Shown one piece after another: positions 40,495-53,183 of a stretch of DNA of 64,000 nt. Under the pieces are notes generated by a model. The model saw only the letters and a list, made by a program, of their open reading frames with translations. It did no database searches and had not been told where the DNA came from. Each line of letters opens with the position of its first letter. Position 1 is the stretch's first letter. The stretch covers positions 38,192,001-38,256,000 of the forward strand of contig NC_043014.1 of NCBI RefSeq assembly GCF_006345805.1, given 5' to 3'. The stretch is from Octopus sinensis. Lineage: Eukaryota. The translations under genes were made by a program, and so were the position numbers.

Positions 40495-40561
40495 CAAGAT
40501 AACCGAAGAGATGGTGTTGTGGATTTCTACCTCGGCATCCGAAACTCAGAGTTTTATCTTG
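40495..40561 (+). ncRNA. Type I hammerhead motif, U4C core variant (family P3)
   Basis: CAAGATAA-CCGAAGA-GATG..CATC-C-GAA-ACTC-A-GAGT-T-TTATCTTG; perfect 8-bp stem I. Confidence 0.65.
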
Positions 40562-40592
40562 GCTATTGAATAATTGTCACATATTATTTTAC

Positions 40593-40925
40593 AGCGTGGC
40601 TCAGTGGTTAGAGCGTCGAGCTTACGATCGTGAGGTTGTGAGCTCGAATCCCGGATCGGGCTGCGTGTTGTGTTCTTGAGCAAGACACTTTATTTCACGT
40701 TGCTCCTGTTCGCTCAGCTGTAGAAATGAGTTGCGACGTCACTGGTGCCAAGCTGTATCGGCCCTTGCCTTTCCCTTGGACAACATCGGTGACGTGGAGA
40801 GGGGAGGCCGGTATGCATGGGCGACTGCTGGTCTTCCATAAAAACAACCTTGCCCAGACTTGTACCTCAGAGGGTAACTCTGTAGGTGCAAACCCATGGT
40901 CAGTGTCTGACCGAAGGGGGTCACC
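40593..40925 (+). mobile_element. SINE, head 2 plus tail C
   Basis: A box TGGCTCAGTGG, B-box-like GCTCGAATCC; tail also seen reversed at 8550-8655. Confidence 0.8.
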
Positions 40926-40930
40926 AATAT

Positions 40931-40972
<42 letters not shown>

Positions 40973-41587
40973 CATATGTGCATATAAATGCATGTGTATG
41001 AGTGTATATATGTATGAATGCATGTGTATGTATGTATGTATGTATGTATGTATGTATGTATGTATGTATGCATGTATGTATGTATGTGTATATGTATGTA
41101 TGTATGTGTATATATATTTATATACACACATACATAGAAGAGGAAAGAGAGAGAGAGAAAGAGGGAAAGGGGATAGAGAGAGAGAGGGAAGTGCAGCGGT
41201 CAGTTCAATAGAGCACCCGTTTGTGCAATATCTATCTTCGACTTGAGAACTGAGTTCAAATCCTTCCACAGTCGATATTGTCTTTTACTCATGCGGATTC
41301 AACAAAATAAGTATAATATACAGCAACAGGTGTCAATCCGGATCCAGCAAATACCTGTGACCTTCCCCACAAATATAAAAAAAAGTCAACAATTAACTCT
41401 TTTGTAACCTAAACCGGAAGAATGCGTAGTTCGAATTCTTGGCATTGCTGAGAGTAATCCAGAAACCACTAATTCAAATCAAATTTACCTTTATTTTTAA
41501 ATTTCCACAGGTGTATCCTCATTAATGTCACGAATCTGACCTGATTTTAATTTCGTACGATTTGTTTACTTCTTTTGTCTCTTGTCT

Positions 41588-41676
<89 letters not shown>

Positions 41677-41693
41677 TATTATTATTATTATTA

Positions 41694-41744
<51 letters not shown>

Positions 41745-41760
41745 GATTATTATTATTATT
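41588..41760. repeat. (AAT)n(ATT)n self-complementary microsatellite
   Basis: Orientation switches near 41635. Confidence 0.95.
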
Positions 41761-42168
41761 ACTTGGCAGCAACTCATTTACCTCTTGCTTGTTTCAGTCA
41801 TTAGACTGCGGCCATGATGGAGCATCACCTTGGAAGATTTTTAGTCGAATGCAACGATCCCGGTATTTATTGTCTTCTTAAGCCTGGTATTTATTCTATC
41901 AGTCTCTTTTTGCCGAATCGCTAAGTTACGGGAACGAAAAGATACCAACACCGATTGTCAGTCGGTGGTAGGAGAACAAACACACACACACACACACATA
42001 GATTGTATATATCTCCCTATCAGTCTCAGCTGTAATGTAATATTTATTGGAAGTTGCTCTTCCTCTTCTGATTACATCATAAAAATATGAAAACGCTATA
42101 TCGTAAGTATTTTCAAATCAATAATGACCATTATTCACTCAGAAATTCATTAGCGCATTCATAATAAA

Positions 42169-42577
42169 CTAGTACTATGACCCGGCGTTGCCGGGTTTAG
42201 TCTTAGTATTTGTTGTTCGTTGCCGGGTCGCAGTAAAAGTTTCTCACTAAATCAAGAGCTAAGTATCTTATCACATTTCAGCCCGGGCCAGTTTTGTTGT
42301 TTATGAGCTAGTTGGTGCTTTTTATGATAGTAATTAATATTCATTAGACTTCGGCAATGCCCATATGCCCATAACTTATGGGCATAAGGGGTCGCTTTAT
42401 CGATTTATTAATGGCTTTCTGGGGTGACTGGGGAAATGAAAAGATCTTCACGACCACCCTCAGAAAGTTTTGAAAGCCCATAGAAAATGCGAGCCTTTTA
42501 CGTGAAAATCTGTTGATTTGTACAAAGGACACACAGACACACAGATACACAGACAATTTGCCATTTATAGATATAGA
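42169..42577 (-). mobile_element. Non-autonomous Helitron, second family
   Basis: CTAG end at 42169; perfect hairpin ACCCGGC-GTT-GCCGGGT at 42180-42196; other end ACAGACAA..TTTATAGATATAGA resembles 34121-34512. Confidence 0.75.
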
Positions 42578-42728
42578 AATGCACTAAAATCAACTCATAT
42601 GTATCTCAAATTTTTTTTTTTTAGTAATAGCCATATTTTTTCTTGAAAACTCTGAATGTGTAACGTAAAAACAAAATGCTTACACAATTTTTCATCACAT
42701 CTCAGAAGCATTTCTATAGTATTTCCAT

Positions 42729-43063
42729 AGGCGCAGGCATGGCTATCTGGTAAGAAGATTGCTTCACTACCACGTGGTTCCAGGTTTAGTCCCACCGCGG
42801 GGCACCGCGGGTAAGTGCCTACTACCATAGCCTCAGGCAGACCAAAGACTTGTGAGTGGGTTTGAAAGACAGAAATTGAAAGAAAACCGTCGTGTGTGTG
42901 CGTGTGTGTGTCCTGCCACAACTGATGTTGGCGTGTTTAAGACCCTGTAACATGGCGGTTCGGCAAAAGAGACCGGTAGAATAAATACTACGTTTTAAAG
43001 TCCTGGGGTCGATTTGTTCGACTAAAACTCTCCAAGACTGTGCCTCAGTATGGCCGCAGTCGT
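42729..43063 (+). mobile_element. Family B SINE, diverged
   Basis: Homology to 39449-39884. Confidence 0.75.
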
Positions 43064-43367
43064 GCATTAAAAAAAATGAAATCCTTGATGGGAACTGTTT
43101 AATATTTTGGTCCTACAATACTCATTTTTACTATACTTTATTAAATGTAGTATCAGAATTTGTGGAGGAGGGACGAAAGAAATGTGGTGGATATATGAAA
43201 GTATGAATTGTGAGTTACGTAGGGAGTGAAGTGGTTGATGATATTGTCACTAAGAAAAGTTGCCTGTGAGTGTGAATTAACCAGTCGTTTCTGAGTTTTT
43301 AGTTTTGGTTACACACGCGCCAGCACACACTCACACATGCACACACGTATACATATATGTGCACTTA

Positions 43368-43408
<41 letters not shown>

Positions 43409-43419
<11 letters not shown>

Positions 43420-43612
43420 TTCCCCAGTGCGTACTGGGAAAAAAATTATATTGTAAATGGACAATATGTCCAATTTTCGGCATATTTGGCATTAGAATTT
43501 TTTCGCTTGCCCTTATTTATAAGTTGTTTATAATTTAACCTTTAAAGGTATTTTTTAATATGCTGGCCATTGATAAAAAATTTTTTCGAAAAAATTTAAT
43601 CCTACATTAGAT
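43409..43612 (+). mobile_element. Family P2 3' fragment with small 5' fold-back, between (TA)n tracts
   Basis: TATAATTTTTTCCCCAGTGCGTACTGGGAAAAAAATTATA hairpin, then sequence matching 21600-21772. Confidence 0.7.
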
Positions 43613-44178
43613 ATATATATATATATATATTATATGCATACATATGCATACGTAGTATATGATCGGCAACTGATCGGCATCCCCTTCAGGGGAATATTGT
43701 GATCAAGATCACTTATCACCATAGAAACCTGGTAGTCGGCCTTACGAGTCCTGAGACTCGAGAAAAATTGATATCTAAACACTTGCACATGCAACAGTCA
43801 CACGTTTAACGTTGTTCTGGCCATTCCATTTACTTCACCAATATTTTTTCCCTCACACCAACACTCGATCTCGCCTTCTTACACATACGCTTTCATACAA
43901 TCCACCTAACGATTACTTACACACACCAACAACCCCACAGCGCCGTTAACCTACACCACTATATCTATACACTTGCACGCCTCTACACACGTAAATGCTC
44001 CACACTAAAACACCTCTCCCTTATGCTCGCTTCCAGACACGGAAACACTCTTATATTTAGACCTCCTTACCTTCCTCTCTTCTTAACTTCAGAGAACAGC
44101 ATCCCCCACTCAGTTTCTAATCCTTAACCAATTACTTTTTCTCACTGATTATTTTCGTTTTTCACGCCTTCTATGCCA

Positions 44179-44218
44179 TTTTTTCTGATGAAGGACTAAC
44201 GTCCGAAACGTCAATAAG
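44179..44218 (+). ncRNA. Minimal Penelope-type hammerhead motif
   Basis: TTTTTT-CTGATGA-A-GGAC TAAC GTCC-GAAA-CG-TC-AATAAG; stem I weak. Confidence 0.7.
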
Positions 44219-44448
44219 TTAACATATTTTCTTTTTCCATTAAAGGGTTAAGTTAACGCCTTATTTTTAAATATTATTCCTCTTCTGCTATCGTTCTTAT
44301 AGTCCATAGTATCTACACCAAACATAAATATATACTTGTGTGCGTGTGTGTATGTATGTGTCTGTGTATACATACATATAATATATAGAGAGATATAGAC
44401 AAAGACATATTCATGCATACACATACACACACACGCACACGCACACGC

Positions 44449-44548
<100 letters not shown>

Positions 44549-45447
44549 CTATTACTTCATTATATATCGGATAGTATTACTGCCATTCATAATGAATACA
44601 ACTCTAGTTCGTACTGGACGGACAGAGAGAAGTTATTTAAAGAAAAAAAAAACAGAAAGAAAACAAACAGAAAAACAGAAAATGCCAGACTCTATGGGAA
44701 CTATTTTAAGTGTAGGACAGTTCTTTGTTACTGAAAATAATCTAATCCCTTTTATTAAGTTATTTTCTCAGCCTCGGTTATAATCTGATTTTTATTTGGT
44801 TGACAATGTTATATATTTTTTTAATTCTCTCCATATTCAAGTTCGGTAATTCTTCCGTCACGGATTTTATCTGGTAAACAAGCTAAAGTGCATGAAACCG
44901 TTATAGGGTAAAAAGGAGATTTGTATCAGTGAACAGAATCAACCATGCGGAAATAATGGTGCTTTTTGCAAAATGGGAACATTTCCCACTTTCTATAAAT
45001 AATGGTCAATAATGAATCGTTCTTTCTTTCTTTCTTTCTTTCTTTATTTATTTATCTATTCATATATTTATTTATTGCTTCTGGTGTAATAAACGACAAA
45101 CAGAAGAGCTATCTGAATGGGTTTTGTCTCCAACACTAACTTCTAAGGGACACAAGGCTTCAATTATGGAAGAGAGAAGGGGCAGAGTTGATGTTTATAA
45201 ATTTCTATTCTTGATTAGTACATTTGACCTTTATGTCGATACAAGGTCAGAGATTTTTCGGAGATGGTAGCGTCAGTTCTTGACTGGTACTTTAATTTGT
45301 CAACTCTCCCCACCACCAGAGTGAAATGCAAAGTTGAACACAGAGCGGAAAGACGGACGAGATACCGCTAAGCATTTTGTTCGGCGTGCTAACGATTCAG
45401 CCACTTCAATAATAATAATAATAATAATAATAATGATAATAATAATA

Positions 45448-45479
<32 letters not shown>

Positions 45480-45634
45480 TAATAATAATAATAATGATAA
45501 TAATAATAATAATCCTTTCTACTAAAGGCTCAAAGCCTGAGATGTTAGTCGATTATATTGACCCCAGTACTCAACTGGTACTTATTTTATCGACTCCGAA
45601 AGGATGAAAGGCAAAGTCGACCTCAGCGGAATTA

Positions 45635-46169
45635 GCAGTACCAAGCAGTGGCTCTCATGGCTTCTGATCTTAACTGATTGGAAGTGTTATCATGTACATT
45701 GTTTTGTCTTGGTATAAAAGATGGGCTACAGCAAATATTCTGCTCAATACCACAGATTTGTTTGTCAGTTGTTTGACCATAACCAGTTGAGCATGTCCCT
45801 TAGTGGCTGACGATATGTGCATCTCTGATCACGAGCAGAAGTAGTGGGGGAGCATCATAGCCATGTGGTGAGAGGAATTCTTTGGGATTTGAATAATTCC
45901 CTTCTGGAAACATGAGGGTTTCGTTCAAATCTTATTCAAAGGACCTATTGAGCAGGATAGGCTACTCGACCTGTAAAACATTCTACCTGGTCCCCACCTG
46001 CAAGGTCATGCGATGTTTATCTTGATATGAGATCGCCATGTTACGCACATATGGTTCTGATGCATGTGCCTGGTGTACCCTTATCAGACGGATGGTCATG
46101 ATGGGTATATTGGGCTTCATATATTTGTGCCCCAGGGGCACTTTGACGGCATGCGTTGCTCTCTCACTC
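45635..46169. mobile_element. Family D repeat followed by (AAT)n
   Basis: Homology to 28839-29381. Confidence 0.8.
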
Positions 46170-46599
46170 AATAATAATAATAATGAATAGTGATAATAGT
46201 CATAATAATAATTTCAAACAATGATACACGGTCTCAAATTTTTAGGAAACAAGTTCAGTCGATTGAATGAAACCAGTTTCCCATTGATACTTTATTTTTT
46301 AGTTATTATTATTTTTTTTTATTCATTCATACGTTTTTTCATTGCTCCACCACCAATGCCACATGGAGAAGCTGGTAGTCGTGCTACATACCATGGTGCC
46401 TGTTACTGTTTAAACATAAAAAAAAATATACAGAATTGTTGAAAACAGAATCCTGTATTATACGCAGTGGGAATAATCGTGCATGAGTTTGTATAACAAT
46501 GAGTTTTCTAATACGCAGATACAATTGACTGTGACTAGTTTCCTAAAAAAAGAGAAAAAAAAAGCTGAGGCCATGTTGCCTTGTTATGAAACCTTCTTC

Positions 46600-47540
46600 A
46601 ATATTCAGTGAATTTTCTTTTAAGGCGGTGAGCTGGCAGAACGTTTAGCACGCCAGGCGAATTGCTTTCGTCCGTCTTTACGTACCGAGTTCAAATTCCG
46701 CTGCGGCCGATTTTTTACCTTTTATCTTTTCATGATCGATAAATTAAGTACCAGTTACGTACTGAGGTCAATCTAATCCATTGCCCCACTCCTCAAACAT
46801 TTCGGACCATAGTAGAAAATAATATTTAGTGAATTTTCTTTTAAGGCGGCGAGCTGGCAGAACCTTTAGCACGCCGGGCGAAGTGTTTAGCGTTATTTTT
46901 TCATCCGTCTTCACGTACCGAGTTCAAATTCCGCCGAGGCCGATTTTGCCTTTCATCCTTTCGGGATCGATAAATTAAGTACCAGTTACGTACTGAGGTC
47001 AATATAATCCATTGCCCCACTCCTCAAACATTTCGGACCATGTGCCTATAGTAGAAAATAATATTTAGTGAATTTTCTTTTAAGGCGGCGAGCTGGCAGA
47101 ACTTTTAGCACGCCAGGCGAAGTGCTTAGCGATCTTTCGTCCGTCTTTACGTACCGAGTTCAAATTCCGCCGCGGCCGATTTTTACCTTTTATCTTTTCG
47201 GGATCGATAAATTAGGTACCAGTTGCGTACTGAGGTCAATCTAATCCACTACCCCCCTCCTCAAACATTTCGGGCCTTGTGCCTAGAGTAGAAAATAATA
47301 TTTAGTGAAATTTCTTTTAAAGCGAAGAGCTGACAGAATGTTTAGCACGTTGGAGGAAATTTTTAGCGGTGTTTCGTCCGTCTTCATGTACCGAGTTCAA
47401 ATTCTGCCGAGGCCGATTTTGCCTTTCATTCTTTTAGAGTCGATAAAATAAGTACCACCCAGTTTAGCATTGGGGTCGAAGTAATCGACTCACTTCCGTT
47501 TTATGTAAAGCTGCTGGCCTTGTGCCAAAATTTCGAACAA
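46600..47540 (+). repeat. Four tandem copies (about 220-240 bp) of a family M SINE plus flank
   Basis: AATATT(C/T)AGTGAA(T/A)TTTCTTTTAA precedes each head near 46600, 46821, 47061 and 47297. Confidence 0.88.
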
Positions 47541-48419
47541 ATAGTTAATGAATTTAAGGTGGTGAACTCACAGTAGCGGCGGCAGCAGACGGGTTAATTT
47601 TCTTAAGAATGCGAATTTCTAGACTCTGATGTGCAATGTTTGAGGGTAACGGAAGCGACATTTTCAGGACCAGAAGTTTCGCTGAATTGAAGGTACTAAA
47701 AGACAATCTCCGTAACTACCATTTGATACCCAGAGGCCAGATGGTAGTGTCAAGTCATGAAAGAGAAAGAGAGAGATGGGGGAAGACAGACAGACAGACA
47801 GACACACAAACAGAGACGAGGAAGGAGAGCTTCTCTGTCACATATAACGAGACTACATTATAATAGAAGAATAATTGATATTTTTGTTGTTGTTTGGCAC
47901 AAAATCGATCATTATTAAACAGATCGAAGATCAAAAGCAATTCCACTTTACGATTATATCGCCTCTTTTTGTTAAGTACAAGTGTGACTAGACTTCATAG
48001 GACAGTAGAGTGTGATTTGAGAATGATTTAGCTACTGTTTCTTACTTGTCAAGTGACCACTTAGAGGCGCCCTCTTTGTTTCGGAGGAAATACGTTGAAT
48101 GTAATATCACAAGGTCACATAATACTTGTAAGGAATTTTATCGGCTTAGTTATGTTGGAGATTGCAATGTTATCAACGAAACAAACAGAATTTATACCGC
48201 GTCATGTCTATTTTCAGTTGATAGTAAATTTTGGCTTTCAAAGAGCTTGATTGACAATGTAAACAAACTTATGCATACAGGCAGGCGTACACTTCCATAC
48301 ATACGTAAGCACATAATGCATTGACACACACACACACACACTCACATAGATACATACATACATACATACATACATACATACATACATACATACATACATA
48401 CATACATACGTACATACAT

Positions 48420-48700
48420 GGAGGCAGAAAATTACAATAATGTAGGCCTAACTAGCGGGGTATTTTGTAGATATAACACCCAGACGATAGCTCTAGAATT
48501 ATACCTGTGATCATTGGGTTACGTGGTTGAAATTTGACTGACAGCCAGAACCAGTCTTGAAAAACTGTGCTTCATATAACCGGAAAATACACGACTAATT
48601 GGAAAATTATTTTTAGAAATGATTGGTGGAACTGTAAAAATATGTAGAACATTCCCAGGCGTTTAAGCCTATCGTATGTACATATATACATATAAACACA
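48420..48700 (+). mobile_element. R4/Dong-like LINE C-terminal remnant after (CATA)n
   Basis: RIIPVIIG...LEKL...MIGGTVKICRTF; related to 50965-51295 and 53392-53760. Confidence 0.55.
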
Positions 48701-49023
48701 TAAACATACACGAACGCAAATACATACATGCAAATCACTCACTCACACACACACTTACACAAATTTGTATCTTCCATTTATTTCATTGCGTGTGTGTCCT
48801 CTCAGATATTGGCCAGCAAGCCTTCAAACATATGTGGTAGATAAGATTCGAAACCTTCACGGAGTTCTTTAACTCATTAACTTGTTACCAGTTCAATATG
48901 CTTGAGGCATATTCGAACCCGTAACTAAGCCGTTCACTATATTTTGTGATGGGGAAAAATTCTCGTTGTAGAGAAATGGGTGTAAATACACCAGTTCAGT
49001 CCCAGAGACCCCCACTACCCAGA

Positions 49024-49071
49024 TCGATAGATACATGCATTTCGGAGCAGTTATCTCCTCTTCAGCATCGA
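49024..49071 (-). ncRNA. Canonical type I hammerhead ribozyme motif
   Basis: TCGATG-CTGAAGA-GGAG ATAACTG CTCC-GAA-ATGC AT GTAT-C-TATCGA; predicted AUC cleavage between 49030 and 49029. Confidence 0.85.
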
Positions 49072-49366
49072 ACACTACAACAGGGCGGTGCTACGCAATG
49101 ACAACGAGTGCCTAGGTCTCTCTCATATTACAGTCAAAGTATTGTAATGTAACTGCACTAATAAATATGTGATGTAATAAATATGTGATGCATACAAATA
49201 TAATTTTTTACGTGTTCGAATAGGAATATTAGAACTAGTAACAAGTTCATGTTTGTATACATTACTGCATAGTGTTTCTAATCCGTATTTTACTATAGGG
49301 TTCATATAACTTCTTTGTGATATGAGCCTTCTCAAACCGGGGTTACTCATACAGATATCTGCTCAT

Positions 49367-49755
49367 TTGAAGCACCCCGTCGGTTACGACGATGAGGGTT
49401 CCGGTTGATCCGAATCAACGGAACAGCCTGCTCGTGAAATTAACGTGTAAGTGGCTGAGCACTCCACAGACCCGTGCACCCTTAACGTAGTTCTCGGGGG
49501 ATATTCAGCCTGACACAGAGAGTGACAAGGCCGGCCCCTTGAAATACAGGTACAACAGAAACAGGAAGTAAGAGTGAGAGAAAGTTGTGGTGAAAGAGTA
49601 CAGCAGGGATCACCACCATCCCCTGCCGGAGCCTCGTGGAGCTTTTTTAGGTGTTTTCGCTCGATAAACACTCACAACGCCCGGTCTGGGAATCGAAACC
49701 GCGATCCTACGACCGCGAGTCCGCTGCCCTAACCACTGGGCCATTGCGCCTCCAC
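49367..49755 (-). mobile_element. Full-length SINE family A with about 55-bp flanking duplication
   Basis: Direct repeat at 49312-49366 and 49756-49811. Confidence 0.93.
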
Positions 49756-49884
49756 TCTTTGTGATATGAGCCTTCTCAAACCGGGGGTTACTCATACAGA
49801 TATCTGCTCATACTACACAGGTGTTACTATATATTTTGATTTTACAAATTAGTATGCTTTTTATGTGGCTTATATAGCCAGCTT

Positions 49885-50273
49885 GTGGAGGCGCAATGGC
49901 CCAGTGGTTAGGGCAGCGGACTCGCGGTCATAGGATCGCGGTTTCGATTCCCAGAACGGGCGTTGTGAGTGTTTATTGAGCGAAAACACCTAAAAGCTCC
50001 ACGTGGCTCCGGCAGGGATGATGGTGATCCCTGCTGTACTCTTTCACCACAACTTTCTCTCACTCTTACTTCCTTCCTGTTTCTGTTGTACCTGCATTTC
50101 AAAGGGCCGGCCTTGTCACTCTCTGTGTCACGCTGAATATCACCGAGAACTACGTTAAGGGTACACGTGTCTGTGGAGTGCTCAGCCACTTACACGTTAA
50201 TTTCACGAGCAGGCTGTTCCGTTGATTCGGATCAACCGGAACCCTCGTCGTCGTAACCGACGGAGTGCTTCCA
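49885..50273 (+). mobile_element. Full-length SINE family A
   Basis: 14-bp TSD TATATAGCCAGCTT (49871-49884, 50274-50287). Confidence 0.93.
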
Positions 50274-50648
50274 TATATAGCCAGCTTATGGCACAAGTCA
50301 TTCTTAATGAGTGCATTTCTCACTCTTGATTTCATCGGATGCATTCATGATATCTTCCTTTCTCAAAGTACGTTTTAACTGTGCATGCTGTCTTTTGGCT
50401 AGCTGAAAGCTATTGAAATCTTCCTTCAGCAAAAAAAAAAAAAAAACTCGTTTCACTTCTATCAGTTGCTTTGTCTTCTCAGGATTATACATCCGGTTTC
50501 AATTTCACTAAGTTACCGGGAATACACTCCTTGTACCATTTCATTGGCTTATGTTATGGTCACTCTTCAAATTGTAGCTCCCATAAAATAACTGCATGGG
50601 CGATTTCACATCTGACATACCTACATGCATGCACACATACATATATGC

Positions 50649-50679
<31 letters not shown>

Positions 50680-50819
50680 CATACATACATACATGCATGC
50701 ACACATACATATATGCTTACATACATACATACATACATACAAACATGCATGCATGCATGCACACATACATACATACATACATACATACATACACATACAT
50801 ACATACATACATACATACA

Positions 50820-50850
<31 letters not shown>

Positions 50851-50964
50851 CATACGTACATACATACATACATACATACACACATACATACATACATACA
50901 TACATACATACATACATACATACATACATACATACGTACGTACGTACGTACGTACGTGCGAACG

Positions 50965-51295
50965 TACCAATCATCATATGTGCATAAAGTTATGTAACAA
51001 CAAATTTAAACAGAAACGTAGAAATACTCGGTTTTCCGAAGAAAGAGCAAAAGAAACTGACTTGGATTCGCCAAATCCAATCTATTAGTGGCCCAGCCAA
51101 GAATTGTAAGACATTCCAGGGATTCTCCATATGAGATTCTTTTGGGTGAATAGATGCACAGACTCGGGTGTATGCACCAACAGTTCAACCAACACATCTT
51201 CACAACCACATATTTGCAAACACCAGGTACTCTCTCAACGCGAAAACGTCTTGTCGCTTTTTCACCGACAGCCTGAACACTCTTAAAAAATATAC
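50965..51295 (+). mobile_element. R4/Dong-like LINE 3' end embedded in (TACA)n
   Basis: PIIICA*SYVTTNLNRNVEILGF plus 3' UTR; inverted homolog at 53392-53760. Confidence 0.6.
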
Positions 51296-51485
51296 ATACA
51301 AACATAAATGCACACATACATACATACATACATACATACATACATACATACATACATACATACATACATACATACATACATGCATACATATATACATACA
51401 TGCATACATTCATACATACATACATACATTCATACATACATACATACATACATACATACATACATACATACATACATACATACAT

Positions 51486-51595
51486 GGTGGCTGTCCCCTC
51501 GTTATCGAGTATGGCCATTGCACGAAGCTTAATCAATGTTGTTATCGTGCAATGCCTGTGCAAGATTTGTTTTAAAGTGAGGAAAGGATGTGCAT
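51486..51595 (-). mobile_element. Truncated copy of the 14174-14733 element inside (TACA)n
   Basis: CCCCTCGTTATCGAGTATGGCCATTGCACGAAGCTTAATCAATG shared. Confidence 0.8.
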
Positions 51596-52129
51596 ACATA
51601 CATACATACATACATACACACATACATACATACATGCATACATGCATACATACATACATACATATACATACATACATACATACATACATACATACATACA
51701 TACATGCATATAAATATACATATATGCAGAAACTCACGCTCATCGCATGCCACAGAAACATAGCATCGTTTAACACGGCGTTTATGCTTAAATTGTGTTT
51801 AAATCGACATAGTTGTATGGTTAAGAAACTCGCTTTGTAGCCAAATGGTTTGAGATTCTGTTCAGTTGAGCGGCATTTGGGGCAAATGGCTTCTACTTTA
51901 GCCCGGGGTCGACTAATGCCTTGTGAGCGGATTTGATAGACAAAAACTGTATAAAAGCCTGTCGCATACGTATATACGTATATCTTTGTGTGTGTGTATG
52001 TGTGTGTGCGCGCACACACACACACACACTTTGTAAAAAAATAAATGAGATGGTTACGGTTTGAATATATTTAATTACGTACGAACCCTGCTCGATATTG
52101 ACTGACCTGGGGCTAAATAACAACCACTA

Positions 52130-52364
52130 GTACTATTGCTGCTGCTGCTACTACTACTATTACTACTACTACTATTGCTGCTGCCGCTGCTGCTGCTGCT
52201 ACTACTACTACTTCTACTACTACTACTACCACCACCACCACCACTGCCACTACTACTACTACTACTACTACTACTATTACCACCACCACTGCCACTACTA
52301 CTACTACCACCATCACCACCACCACCACATCCACCACTGCCAATACTACTACTACTACTACTAC
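52130..52364. repeat. Compound (CTA/CTG/CCA)n trinucleotide tract
   Basis: Direct reading. Confidence 0.93.
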
Positions 52365-53183
52365 AAGCGAGCCGTAGAGTATGTCACAATGCGTAAATCT
52401 CTCGACCAAAATCTCACCGAAATCATAACCCAACCAACTCAAAAAACAAGGAGGGCAAATAAATAATTGTTTGTGCACATAACAATTTTATCCTGGATTC
52501 ATATTATACCGTTAAACAAAACCAAGATGGTCATGGTTTGAATGTCTTTTGATCGTATGACTGCTCAATCAAGGGTGACCTGAAGCTAAATGACATCCTC
52601 TTAGGGGTTTGCTCTTTACTTACCTAATATACTGAGCCAGAACAAAGTAACTACGTGTTGACCTTTAAACGATACAAGCTACTTTGTCACAAGCCTCACC
52701 TTTGCCGGCAGTTTGACAGGCAGACACACAGACACTATATTGAACCTGGGTCAGCTGCGACCTATAAAATATATCTTTTAAATAATACCCATTGTTGTTT
52801 GGTTATTTCCGAGAAAAAAAAAGCGAAATTTAATAAGTTTTTTTTCTTTTTCGATGAATAGCTCATGTTATTAGATAACCGGTTCTGTCTTGTTCACTGG
52901 GAGTGTTTCACCATTTTACCAGTGCATCCGTGTAACCTAATGTGGCGGTGAGACTTGAAGAAATATAGGGTTTGCCACATCAGTTTCATAAAAAGTAGCT
53001 CGAAATTTTCAAAAAGTAGCGGGTTATATAGCAACGTGGCTCAAAAGGATATTTTTTCTAGTAAATGATATAAATATATTACGGAGATGTACTTGCATAG
53101 CGAGTGACTTGATCTGAGATCGTGTGCTGGAACGAAAACAATTGCAACGTGGAAGGGTGTTTATAAGCCATTTAAGAAACACA

